The notes beneath the pieces were generated by a model that worked only from the letters and a program-made list of their open reading frames with translations, searched no databases and was not told where the DNA came from. This document shows positions 29,678-37,591 of a DNA stretch of 64,000 nucleotides, piece by piece (the first letter of the stretch is position 1; every line of letters starts with the position of its first letter). The position numbers were made by a program, and so were the translations under genes. The DNA comes from Pirellulales bacterium (GTDB lineage: Bacteria; Planctomycetota; Planctomycetia; Pirellulales; JAICIG01), in NCBI GenBank assembly GCA_040901675.1, contig JBBDYJ010000015.1, forward strand, positions 57,396-121,395, written 5' to 3'.

Positions 29678-31030
29678 TCAGGCCCTCAGCGAGACGGCCT
29701 TGAGCTCCCGGACTCGCGTCTCCAGGGCCGACAGCACGTCGTAGTCGCTGGGGTACGGCGACTCGAAGGCCGGCCGCAGGGGGATCGGCACGTCGTCCAT
29801 GCGGTAGACCGTGCCGGGCGTGTTGATGCCGTAGGTGGCCGTGGTGAAGGCCACCGCCGCCTGCCGGGTGGTGGGCGTCTCCTTGGGATCCAAGGCGATG
29901 TAGGGAATCTTGGCCAGGTGCTCGCGGGCCGGCTGGCTGAAGTTCGACATCGGGTCGCTGGCGATGATCATGGCCGCGTCGGCCTCGCCGCGGGCCAGCG
30001 TGTCGGCCGTGGTGTATTCGCCCGGGTTGAAGCGCGGGTAGCCTCGCGACAGGTTGACGCCGAAGGGATATCCGGTCCGCCAGGAGACGACGTTGTCGGC
30101 GCCGGTCACGTTGCCGTGGCCGCGCATCGGCTTGGCCACGAAGCGGGTGTGGGCGTTCATGTCGCGGGTCAGGGCCAACAGCGCCTCGCTGTTGAGGTGC
30201 TTGCCCCGCGTCATCGTCAAGCCCATGCCGAACAACAGCACGCCGAAGCGGGCCGCCTTCATGCGGGTCATCAGGTCCTGCCAGCTCGACAGCGGCACGC
30301 CCGTGTCGGCCTCGACCCCGGCCGGGTCCAGCTCGACCCCCTTGGCCAGGGCCCGCAGCGTCCAGAGCGCCTCGAAATCCTTGCGCGGCTTGATCTGCAA
30401 GAAGATGTCGGCCGCGTTGGCGCTCTTGGTCTTGCGGACGTCGACCAGCACGCAGGTACGGTCTTTGCGGCCTCGCGGCAGGAACATACCCTTGGGCGTC
30501 AGGCTGTACTTGGTAAAGTGCCGCGGATGGCTCTCGGCCGGGTTCGAGCCCCAGAAGATGATCAGGTCGCCCCGATTGCGGATTTCGCCCAGCGTGCAGG
30601 TGACCTCGCCCACTCCCTGGAAAGCCATGCCCGACGGCCCGTGGCAGACGCTGGTGGTCGTATCGACGTTGCCGCCGATCCAGTCGCCGATCGAGACGGC
30701 CACGCGCTGCGCCTCGCACGTCGTGTCACTGAGGCCATAGATGATCGGGTACGTCGCCCCGGCCAGGATGCGTGCCGCCCGCTCGACGCCCTGTTCCAGC
30801 GAGGCGGGCTGGCCATCGACTAGGCAGACCGGCCGATGTTCGACGCTGTGGTTCAGAAACCAGGCCTTGCCCAGCACGCAGGCGCTCTTGGCTTCGACGA
30901 TTTCGTCTCCTTGGACCTTGAGCGTAATGTCGTCGCAGACGCAGCCGCAGAAAGTGCAGGTGGCATCTTCGACGATCTTCAAACTATCGGCGGCGGTCTC
31001 GGCCGCCGGCTGCTCGATCAAGGTGCTCAC
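29678..31030 (-). CDS. fwdB: Formylmethanofuran dehydrogenase subunit B (FwdB/FmdB type, metal ligands retained)
   Basis: CTFCGCVCDD..C 4Fe-4S motif, SVCHGP, WGSNPAESHPRH, MRGHGNV, GTVYRMD. Confidence 0.93.
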   Translation of the reverse strand: MSTLIEQPAAETAADSLKIVEDATCTFCGCVCDDITLKVQGDEIVEAKSACVLGKAWFLNHSVEHRPVCLVDGQPASLEQGVERAARILAGATYPIIYGLSDTTCEAQRVAVSIGDWIGGNVDTTTSVCHGPSGMAFQGVGEVTCTLGEIRNRGDLIIFWGSNPAESHPRHFTKYSLTPKGMFLPRGRKDRTCVLVDVRKTKSANAADIFLQIKPRKDFEALWTLRALAKGVELDPAGVEADTGVPLSSWQDLMTRMKAARFGVLLFGMGLTMTRGKHLNSEALLALTRDMNAHTRFVAKPMRGHGNVTGADNVVSWRTGYPFGVNLSRGYPRFNPGEYTTADTLARGEADAAMIIASDPMSNFSQPAREHLAKIPYIALDPKETPTTRQAAVAFTTATYGINTPGTVYRMDDVPIPLRPAFESPYPSDYDVLSALETRVRELKAVSLRA

Positions 31031-31108
31031 GCGATCGATTCCCTCACGATGCTGTTGCTTTCGAGCTCGTATTCCCGTTCGACCGGGCCGACTTGCTTGG
31101 TCGGCCGG

Positions 31109-31453
31109 CTAGCCGATTTTTTCCAACTCCACGTCGAGTCCCTTGCTGGTGGGCATACCGGAGCCGTGGGTGTCGCCGCCCATCAGCCGGCTCGACATAT
31201 CGCCATAGGCGATGAACAGCAGTCCCGGCGGCAACTCGTCCCCCCTGGCGGCGGTCACGGCCACCTCGATCCGGCCACTGGGGCTGGTGAGCCGCACGCG
31301 GTCGCCGTCGCTCAATCCCAGCCGCTGCATATCCTGGGGCGCGACCTGCACGACGTTGATTTCGCTCTGGTAGTTCTCCTTGAACTTGCCTTCGCTGATG
31401 CCGCACCCCTGCTTGCTGGTGCGGCCTGGGATCAGGATGAACGTCTCGGGCAT
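31109..31453 (-). CDS. fwdD: Formylmethanofuran dehydrogenase subunit D (molybdopterin-dinucleotide binding)
   Basis: LIPGRTSKQG, DMQRLGLSDGDRV, THGSGMPTSKG; directly upstream of fwdB. Confidence 0.88.
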   Translation of the reverse strand: MPETFILIPGRTSKQGCGISEGKFKENYQSEINVVQVAPQDMQRLGLSDGDRVRLTSPSGRIEVAVTAARGDELPPGLLFIAYGDMSSRLMGGDTHGSGMPTSKGLDVELEKIG

Positions 31454-31540
31454 AGCTTGTGGACCTGGCCGATCGAACGAACCATTTATTCTTGCAGCCG
31501 GGCCGCGGAAATGCCAGGGGGTGGCCGGAAGCACATTCGC

Positions 31541-31599
31541 CCCGGGGCGGCGCTGCGCTCTGCCCGCGGGCTGATATGTGGCTGCACCTTCGGTGCGGA
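31541..31599. repeat. Left copy of a 49-bp inverted repeat pair (partner at 32725-32773)
   Basis: Reverse complement matches 32725-32773 with one mismatch. Confidence 0.85.
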
Positions 31600-31673
31600 G
31601 GAGAGCCCGAGCCAAGCCGAATACTGGGGGCCACTTGATCGGAAGTTGCTTGTTGGTCCGCTAGACTGGACTC

Positions 31674-32006
31674 ATGGCCCCGACCGACCAGAACGCCGAC
31701 CGCCAGGCCGAGAACCCGTACGAGGCGCCGGGCGGTCAGGAGCGTCCAGCAGACGCCGATGTCCTGATTCGCCGGCTGTTTGCTCTGCTCGGCCCCCGAA
31801 CCGTCCGGCGGCAGTTTCGGTTTTTGGTGCAGTATGCGCTGGGCGGTGGCCTCCTTACATGGTGCGCCGTGGCCTATGGGATGGCTTGGCTTTCTCTCGT
31901 GCTGTACGCCGCCTTGATGTCGGTTTCGATCTTACGATACACCGAGGCCAGACGGATTGGCCGCCTTTTGGCCAAGCTAGAGGAACTAGGGGAGAGCAAC
32001 CGCTAG
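31674..32006 (+). CDS. Small membrane protein with ENPYxxP N-terminal motif
   Basis: MAPTDQNADRQAENPYEAP followed by two TM helices. Confidence 0.7.
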   Translation: MAPTDQNADRQAENPYEAPGGQERPADADVLIRRLFALLGPRTVRRQFRFLVQYALGGGLLTWCAVAYGMAWLSLVLYAALMSVSILRYTEARRIGRLLAKLEELGESNR

Positions 32007-32091
32007 ACAGCCGCGGCCAAACTGCGTGCCCTTCGTCTTAAATCCGTTTTCAAGCGATATCACTACTGGGCAGTCTTTTGGGGAGCTTGCC

Positions 32092-32331
32092 ATGGATCAG
32101 TCAGAGGAAATCGTCAGGCTGCTGACCGAGATTCGGGACGGCCAGCGGGAGTACCTGGCAGAATACCGGAAGAACGCCGAGCGAAGCCTTTCGCTCACCG
32201 AGTCCGTCGCGGAACGGCAGCGCCGCTTGACGCGGCTGCTACTGCCTGTCTTGCTGTTCGTGCTGGCCTGCGGCGTTCTGATGGCGGCTTTGACCGTGCC
32301 GGCCGTCCTTCACCGGCTTTTCGCCGGCTGA
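32092..32331 (+). CDS. Small hypothetical protein (coiled coil + C-terminal TM)
   Basis: GGGGAG RBS; MDQSEEIVRLLTEIRD. Confidence 0.65.
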   Translation: MDQSEEIVRLLTEIRDGQREYLAEYRKNAERSLSLTESVAERQRRLTRLLLPVLLFVLACGVLMAALTVPAVLHRLFAG

Positions 32332-32423
32332 ATCCATTTCAAAGTGACCAAGCAACCTGCAGGGCCGGATCCGCGGCTGTTTGGATTGGTGTTCGCCGCG
32401 AAAAAACCGCTACAATCAATGGA

Positions 32424-32696
32424 ATGCTTGGTCTCAATCCACTCGATTTCATGATGGTAGCCGGACGCATTGCAAGCCGAACCCAGCACCGTTCCTTCCA
32501 ATTCCGCCTGCGGACGCTCTTCTGGCTGACGGCCCTGGCGGCCGTGCTCTGCGTGGTAGGGCCGGCCCTAGCGCAACCGCTTGACGAGTTTTGGTCGGTC
32601 GCGGTTGCCGTGATCCTCGCCTCCGTCGCTTCGTTACTTGGCTTGGTGACGGCGGCTATGCTCGCCGCCTGGGCCACCAAGACGATTACGCGTTGA
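32424..32696 (+). CDS. Small membrane protein with FQFRLRTL motif
   Basis: Motif followed by two TM helices; start uncertain. Confidence 0.6.
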   Translation: MLGLNPLDFMMVAGRIASRTQHRSFQFRLRTLFWLTALAAVLCVVGPALAQPLDEFWSVAVAVILASVASLLGLVTAAMLAAWATKTITR

Positions 32697-32724
32697 GCTG
32701 GACCTCGATACGCGGCTTGGCTCG

Positions 32725-32900
32725 TCCGCACCGAAGGTGCAGCCACATATCAGCCCGTGGGCAGAGCGCAGCGGCGTCAGCCGCGTAGCGCCGCCCCGGG
32801 GAAGTCAGCCGCGCAGCGCCGCCCCGGGAAAGTCCGGCCGCGCAGCGCCGCCCCGGGAATGATGTCCACCCACAAAGAGCAGCCCTGCAAGGGCGAAACA
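32725..32900. repeat. Right inverted-repeat copy, triplicated GCCGCG(C/T)AGCGCCGCCCCGGG unit and GCCCTGCAAGGGC hairpin
   Basis: Directly visible. Confidence 0.8.
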
Positions 32901-32942
32901 AGCTGGTTGCCCTGGCCTTGCCTCTCGCGACATACTACCCCC

Positions 32943-33326
32943 ATGACCCCGACCGATCAGACCGACGACTCCCAGACCGAGAATCCGTACAGGTCGCCGG
33001 AGCAAGCTGGTGCTCCGCAGGCGCTGCGGTCACCGCAGTCGCTGAACGATCAACTTGCTCTGCACGCAACTATGCTCGCAGTGTTTTGTGCAGCGCTTTG
33101 TGCTCTTGCGTTTGTCGACCTGTTGCCGGCGTGGATGATGCCAGGCTGGATCAAGACGCTAGTGGTCGTTTCAGCAACTTTGGCAGTCATGAACCGAGCA
33201 TTCAAGCTTCGGAGCCGACAGCCTCGGTCGTCGAAAGCAGCGAGGCTGGACATGTTGATTCTCCTGGCTATTTGCGCTCTTGCCTTGCTCGCGGAGGCCA
33301 TATTCCACCTATTGTACACACTCTAA
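32943..33326 (+). CDS. Small membrane protein with ENPYxxP N-terminal motif
   Basis: MTPTDQTDDSQTENPYRSP, paralogous N-terminus to 31674; three TM helices. Confidence 0.7.
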   Translation: MTPTDQTDDSQTENPYRSPEQAGAPQALRSPQSLNDQLALHATMLAVFCAALCALAFVDLLPAWMMPGWIKTLVVVSATLAVMNRAFKLRSRQPRSSKAARLDMLILLAICALALLAEAIFHLLYTL

Positions 33327-33473
33327 ACGCACGCCACCGCCTTGCGAGCCAACGCGCTTGAAAACCATTTTCGAACGGTACGGTTACTCCCTGAAGGCTT
33401 GTCGAGAGGCGGACCGAAGCGGTACCATCCGGCAGTTCCGAGTTGGCGCCAAGTTTCTGGGCGAGGACAGTCA

Positions 33474-34103
33474 ATGAACGGACTCGATGGCCTCCAGGGT
33501 CAGTACGCGACGATCCTGGCCGACCCGCCCTGGCAGTTCCAGAACCGCACAGGCAAGGTAGCCCCCGAGCACCGGCGGCTGCGCCGCTATCGGACGATGA
33601 CGCTGGAGGCGATCAAGGCCTTGCCGGTCGCCGAACACGCGGCCGACAGAAGCCACCTCTATCTCTGGTGCCCGAACGCCTTGCTCGAAGAGGGGCTGGC
33701 CGTGATGCGGGCCTGGGGCTTCCGCTACAAGACCAACATCGTCTGGTACAAAATCCGCAAGGACGGCGGACCCGACGGACGCGGCGTCGGCTTCTACTTT
33801 CGCAACGTTACCGAGCTGCTGCTCTTCGGAGTGCGGGGGAGCCTGAGGACGCTCAAGCCGGGCCGCACGCAGGTGAACATCGTCCGCACGCGGAAGCAGG
33901 AGCACTCCCGCAAGCCGCACGAGCTCTACAAGATCATCGAAGCCTGCAGCCCCGGCCCACACCTGGAGCTGTTCGCCAGAGAGCGGATCGCCGGCTGGCA
34001 CCAATGGGGCGACGAGTTGGAAACGTACGGCGCCAGGCGGCCCCATTACGCCGCCTACAACGGCCATGCAGCACGTCCCGGCGCGCCGGGATTGCCTGTC
34101 TGA
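33474..34103 (+). CDS. MT-A70 family N6-adenine methyltransferase (orphan)
   Basis: ADPPW, HLYLWCPN, WGFRYKTN, EHSRKP, LELFAR, WGDE. Confidence 0.92.
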   Translation: MNGLDGLQGQYATILADPPWQFQNRTGKVAPEHRRLRRYRTMTLEAIKALPVAEHAADRSHLYLWCPNALLEEGLAVMRAWGFRYKTNIVWYKIRKDGGPDGRGVGFYFRNVTELLLFGVRGSLRTLKPGRTQVNIVRTRKQEHSRKPHELYKIIEACSPGPHLELFARERIAGWHQWGDELETYGARRPHYAAYNGHAARPGAPGLPV

Positions 34104-34136
34104 ACACCCTGGGAGGCCGTCCGACAAATTCCGCAT

Positions 34137-34186
34137 GTGGGACGGGCTTCCTTGCCCGTCTGAACGGCCTGGGAAGGCCGTCCTAC
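34137..34186. repeat. Inverted GT(A/G)G-type REP doublet between convergent genes
   Basis: GTGGGACGGGCTTCCTTGCCCGTC followed by the reverse complement of GTAGGACGGCCTTCCCAGGCCGT. Confidence 0.7.
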
Positions 34187-34239
34187 CTTCGCGCATTTGC
34201 GGTCATCCAGCGGCTCGATGCCTGCGGCAAGCGTCAGTT

Positions 34240-36066
34240 CTAAGAGAGCGCCAGCCGCTCGCGCTCTTCCGCACCGATGAAGCCATCGTCCGTCCAGCCG
34301 CGGCGGCGGTTGTAGGCCCGGATGAGGATCGAGAGCGATTCGCGCGAGAGCCGGGCGGTGGCGTCCTCGGGCAGCACGTCGTCGAAGAAGCGGTCGGGAA
34401 GCGTGTCCTCGGCCGGCTGCCAGCCGGCCTGGATGTTGTAGAGCTTGCGGGCCACCACGATCCGCCGCGCCGTCTCGCGCAGCTCGTCGGGCGTGGTGTC
34501 CCAGCCGGTCACCAGGTTGAGCATCCGGCTCAGCTCGGCGTGGAAGTCGCCGAACACGCCGCGGAGGAACTTGCAGAGGATCAGTGAATCGATCAAGGCG
34601 GCCCTATCCTCGGTTTCGATCGCCAGCTCGGCGGCCCGCGGGCCCGGATTGCGGCGATCGACCCGATCCGAAAAATCGACCTCGTAGGCGCCCGAGCGGT
34701 TGTGGTCGGCCCCGCGCGTGCCGACCGCGAAGCCCAGCGCCATCGTCTGCAGGGCCCGCGGCTCGTAGCCGGGCATCTCCAGCCCCTTCACCTGCGCGGC
34801 AAAGCCGATCGAGCCGGCGCCGATCCGCCCGGCCGCCCGCCGGCTCCCCTCGGCCAGCAGGTTGCCCAGCCCCTCGCGGCGGCCGATCTCGTCGATGGCC
34901 CGCAGCAGGGCCTGCCCGTCGCCGAAGCGCAGCCACGGCGCATCCAAAAGGCCGCGTGCCACGCACTCCATGGCAAAGGCGATCGTGCCGCCGGTGCTGA
35001 TCGTGTCGAGGCCCAGCTCGTCGCAGCGCCGCGACGCGGCCAGCACCACGTCCGGATCGCCCACCTCGCACAAGGGCCCGAGCGCGAAGAGGTTTTCATA
35101 CTCCAGCCGCACGCCGCCCCCGTCGCCAGCTCCCTTGTCGCCGCCGGCCAGCGAGTAGAGATGCTCGCAGCCGATCGTGCAGGCGGCGCAGCTCTTACGA
35201 GTCTTCTCGCGGGTCACGCTGAGCTGTTCGGGCGAGATGTCGGCGGCCCCCTCGAACGAGCCTTGCTGGAAGTTGCGCGTGGGCAACGTGCCGAGCCGGT
35301 TGAACAAGAGCAGGTTCGAGGCGGTGCCCAGCTCGCGGTACTTGGCGGTGGCCGGTCCGAACGATCGCGTGGAAAGATCCTTGCTCAGCTCGATCAGCTC
35401 CGCCGGCTTGTCCCACCTGCATCGCTGGGTGCCACGGACGGCCAGCGCCTTGACGTTTTTCGAGCCCAGCACCGCGCCGTTGCCGCCTCGCCCCGCATGG
35501 CGGCCATCGTGCGAGACGGTGGCGTACCGCACCATCCGCTCGCCGGCCGGGCCGATCACCGCCACCGCATAGTCGCCGCCCAGCCGCAGCCGCAGGCGCT
35601 CTTCCGCCTCCGGGCAGGTCAGCCCCCACAGGTCGCCGGCCGGCTCGATCCGCACCTGCCCCTCGTCGATGACCACCACCGAGGGCTCCGGCGAGCGGCC
35701 GACCAGGACGAGGGCATCGAAGCCGGTCCGCTTGCCGCTGATGGCGAAGCGGCTGCTGACCAGCGAATCGTTGATCCGCTCGGTGAGCGGGCTTTTGGCC
35801 ACCACGGCGAACTTGGCCGACGTGGTCAACGGGCTGCCGACCAGCGGGCTGAAGACAAAGGCCAGCGGCGACTCCGGCGCGAGTGCGTCGAGGGCGGCCC
35901 GGCCTTCCTCGAGCATCAGCCAGGTGCCCAGGCCGCTGCCACCGATGAAGCGCCGCAGCACATCCTCGCCGAGCGGCACCGCCTCAGCCTTGCCGGTCGA
36001 CAGGTCGATGCGCAGGTATCTGCCGTGATAGCCGGGGACTGTGGATGGTGAAGCTTGCGGCTGCAT
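34240..36066 (-). CDS. aor: Aldehyde:ferredoxin oxidoreductase family (tungstopterin) enzyme
   Basis: KSPLT, RTGFD, AGRGG, CAACTIGC, EYE, DELGLD, RGADH, DSLILCKF. Confidence 0.93.
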   Translation of the reverse strand: MQPQASPSTVPGYHGRYLRIDLSTGKAEAVPLGEDVLRRFIGGSGLGTWLMLEEGRAALDALAPESPLAFVFSPLVGSPLTTSAKFAVVAKSPLTERINDSLVSSRFAISGKRTGFDALVLVGRSPEPSVVVIDEGQVRIEPAGDLWGLTCPEAEERLRLRLGGDYAVAVIGPAGERMVRYATVSHDGRHAGRGGNGAVLGSKNVKALAVRGTQRCRWDKPAELIELSKDLSTRSFGPATAKYRELGTASNLLLFNRLGTLPTRNFQQGSFEGAADISPEQLSVTREKTRKSCAACTIGCEHLYSLAGGDKGAGDGGGVRLEYENLFALGPLCEVGDPDVVLAASRRCDELGLDTISTGGTIAFAMECVARGLLDAPWLRFGDGQALLRAIDEIGRREGLGNLLAEGSRRAAGRIGAGSIGFAAQVKGLEMPGYEPRALQTMALGFAVGTRGADHNRSGAYEVDFSDRVDRRNPGPRAAELAIETEDRAALIDSLILCKFLRGVFGDFHAELSRMLNLVTGWDTTPDELRETARRIVVARKLYNIQAGWQPAEDTLPDRFFDDVLPEDATARLSRESLSILIRAYNRRRGWTDDGFIGAEERERLALS

Positions 36067-36085
36067 ACGCGTTTTTTCTTGCCCT

Positions 36086-36349
36086 TTAACCCCCGGCGTC
36101 GGCCGAGAGGATCAGCAGTGCGTCGCCCGGTTCCAGCGGCGTGGCCGGGTCGGTGACGAATCGGTCTCCATTCAGGTTGGCGGCATATCCGGGTTTGAGC
36201 CGGCCGCTTTCGATACAGGCGTCGGCCAGTCTCGGGTAGCGTTCGCCCAGGCCGGTAAGCACCTGGTCCAGTCGCTGGCCCTCGGCGGTGGTGGCCGCCA
36301 CGCCGGCCCGTTCACGGGGGATGCCGAAGAATTCTACGGAAATCGACAT
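36086..36349 (-). CDS. moaD: MoaD/ThiS-family sulfur carrier
   Basis: Beta-grasp size, VEFFG start, C-terminal ADAGG; directly upstream of aor. Confidence 0.85.
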   Translation of the reverse strand: MSISVEFFGIPRERAGVAATTAEGQRLDQVLTGLGERYPRLADACIESGRLKPGYAANLNGDRFVTDPATPLEPGDALLILSADAGG

Positions 36350-36376
36350 TGGCGGGGCAGGCGCGTAAAGGGATTT

Positions 36377-36949
36377 TCACTGCTTGACGTTGATGCCGAT
36401 GATGTGCTGTTCTTGAGACAAAGCCTCCAGAAACTCCTTCGCACAGTAGAGCTTGCCGGTCTGAAGCTTGGCGAAGCTTTGGGGCATATCCGCAACGACG
36501 ATATTGCTCGTGTCACCTTCTATCAGCCAGAATGCGTGAACGTGATAAGCCGGAACGATCAGAAGCCGAACGAGAGGGTCCCCCTTCACGTTGCTGTCGA
36601 TCCACTCGATGGCGTCATCGATTCTTTGCGCTACCGCGGACTCAAAGATTTCGCGCACTGACCAATTTGCCGCGTCCGGGCCAAGGGGCATGGATCTCGC
36701 AAAAGACTCTGCCCTGCCATCGATTTTGATCTGGTGATGCCATCTCCCGGTCTGGCGAGCGAGTTGCGAAAGGTCCCCGTTTGGCTTTGTCACCGAGTCG
36801 GCCTCAAGCGCCCAGACGGAGAACGACTCGGTCATTTCCATCGCCTTTCTCTGAAGGACAGCTGCGCCCAGGGCCTTTCCGGCCTCAGCGCCGATCTGCG
36901 ACGCCACCGCGTCGATAACGTCATTGGGCAAGCTATCGGCATGAGCCAT
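36377..36949 (-). CDS. Hypothetical protein, partner of the papain-like protease
   Basis: GGAGG RBS; starts 3 nt after the protease stop; RLLIVPAYHVHAFWL motif. Confidence 0.8.
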   Translation of the reverse strand: MAHADSLPNDVIDAVASQIGAEAGKALGAAVLQRKAMEMTESFSVWALEADSVTKPNGDLSQLARQTGRWHHQIKIDGRAESFARSMPLGPDAANWSVREIFESAVAQRIDDAIEWIDSNVKGDPLVRLLIVPAYHVHAFWLIEGDTSNIVVADMPQSFAKLQTGKLYCAKEFLEALSQEQHIIGINVKQ

Positions 36950-36952
36950 CCG

Positions 36953-37492
36953 TCACCTCCTCAGGTCCGTGAAGGTCCAGAACCAGGAACCCAGCCCGTA
37001 GGCATTGACCAGATCCGCGTAGGTGATCGCGCCATGCCCGTACCAAGGGTCATTGACGTGAATCTTCCCATCGTCGTAATAGCCCCGGACGATCACTACA
37101 TGGCCACCGCCGCCGTTCCAAGCGATGCCCGGCTCCAAAGGCCGGCCTTGGTCGATTTCAAGCTGGATGCCGCCTTGGCTTATTGTACCAGATCCCGAGT
37201 AGCAGCGCAGCCCGAAAGCGTTATAGACGCGGCAGACGTCGGCAACTTGGCACGGTCTGTTGCAGAGCGAACTTGACGGAGCCGAACAGCAATCGCTGAT
37301 GCCGAACAACCAGTTGGCCAAGTCACATTGCCTGACGGCGATGTTGCCGTAGTAATGCAGGACCATGTCAGCGCAAGCCGCCCAGCACCATTGCGTCTGC
37401 TCCTGCTGGATCCAAGGCACGTTGAGCAGCCGCGGGCCGACGGGGGGTGGCGCGGGGACAATCGTCTTACCGTTGGGAACGCGCAGAGGCAT
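36953..37492 (-). CDS. Papain-like cysteine protease (C39/C70-like)
   Basis: QEQTQWCWAA (Cys), GGGHVV (His), VNDPW (Asp); Cys-rich insert; no signal peptide. Confidence 0.85.
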   Translation of the reverse strand: MPLRVPNGKTIVPAPPPVGPRLLNVPWIQQEQTQWCWAACADMVLHYYGNIAVRQCDLANWLFGISDCCSAPSSSLCNRPCQVADVCRVYNAFGLRCYSGSGTISQGGIQLEIDQGRPLEPGIAWNGGGGHVVIVRGYYDDGKIHVNDPWYGHGAITYADLVNAYGLGSWFWTFTDLRR

Positions 37493-37501
37493 CGCTCCAT
37501 C

Positions 37502-37591
37502 CTATTGCGTTTCGTTGGCGGTGATTTTCGCACCGGAAGGCAGCAAGCAGCTTTTTGACGCCGCAACGTTCTTCACCGGCCGCCTCGTCAT
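37502..37591 (-). pseudogene. N-terminal remnant of an AbiEii-type nucleotidyltransferase toxin
   Basis: ATGA-coupled to the abiEi-like gene; MTRRPVKNVAAS resembles AbiEii N-termini, then unrelated sequence and a stop at codon 30. Confidence 0.65.

Noticed and set aside
30644..30646. Selenocysteine in FwdB
   Set aside because: The ligand codon is TGC (Cys), not TGA
31454..31600. Moco/Wco riboswitch upstream of fwdD
   Set aside because: The structured sequence is explained by the dispersed inverted repeat; an Rfam/Infernal search would be needed to claim a riboswitch
26200..33400. Integron cassette array
   Set aside because: No integrase, and no convincing attC (RYYYAAC..GTTRRRY) sites between the small ORFs
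36086..37492. Ubiquitin-like conjugation system (MoaD-like + papain protease as deconjugase)
   Set aside because: No E1/E2 is nearby and moaD next to aor is the ordinary arrangement; the adjacency is probably an island boundary
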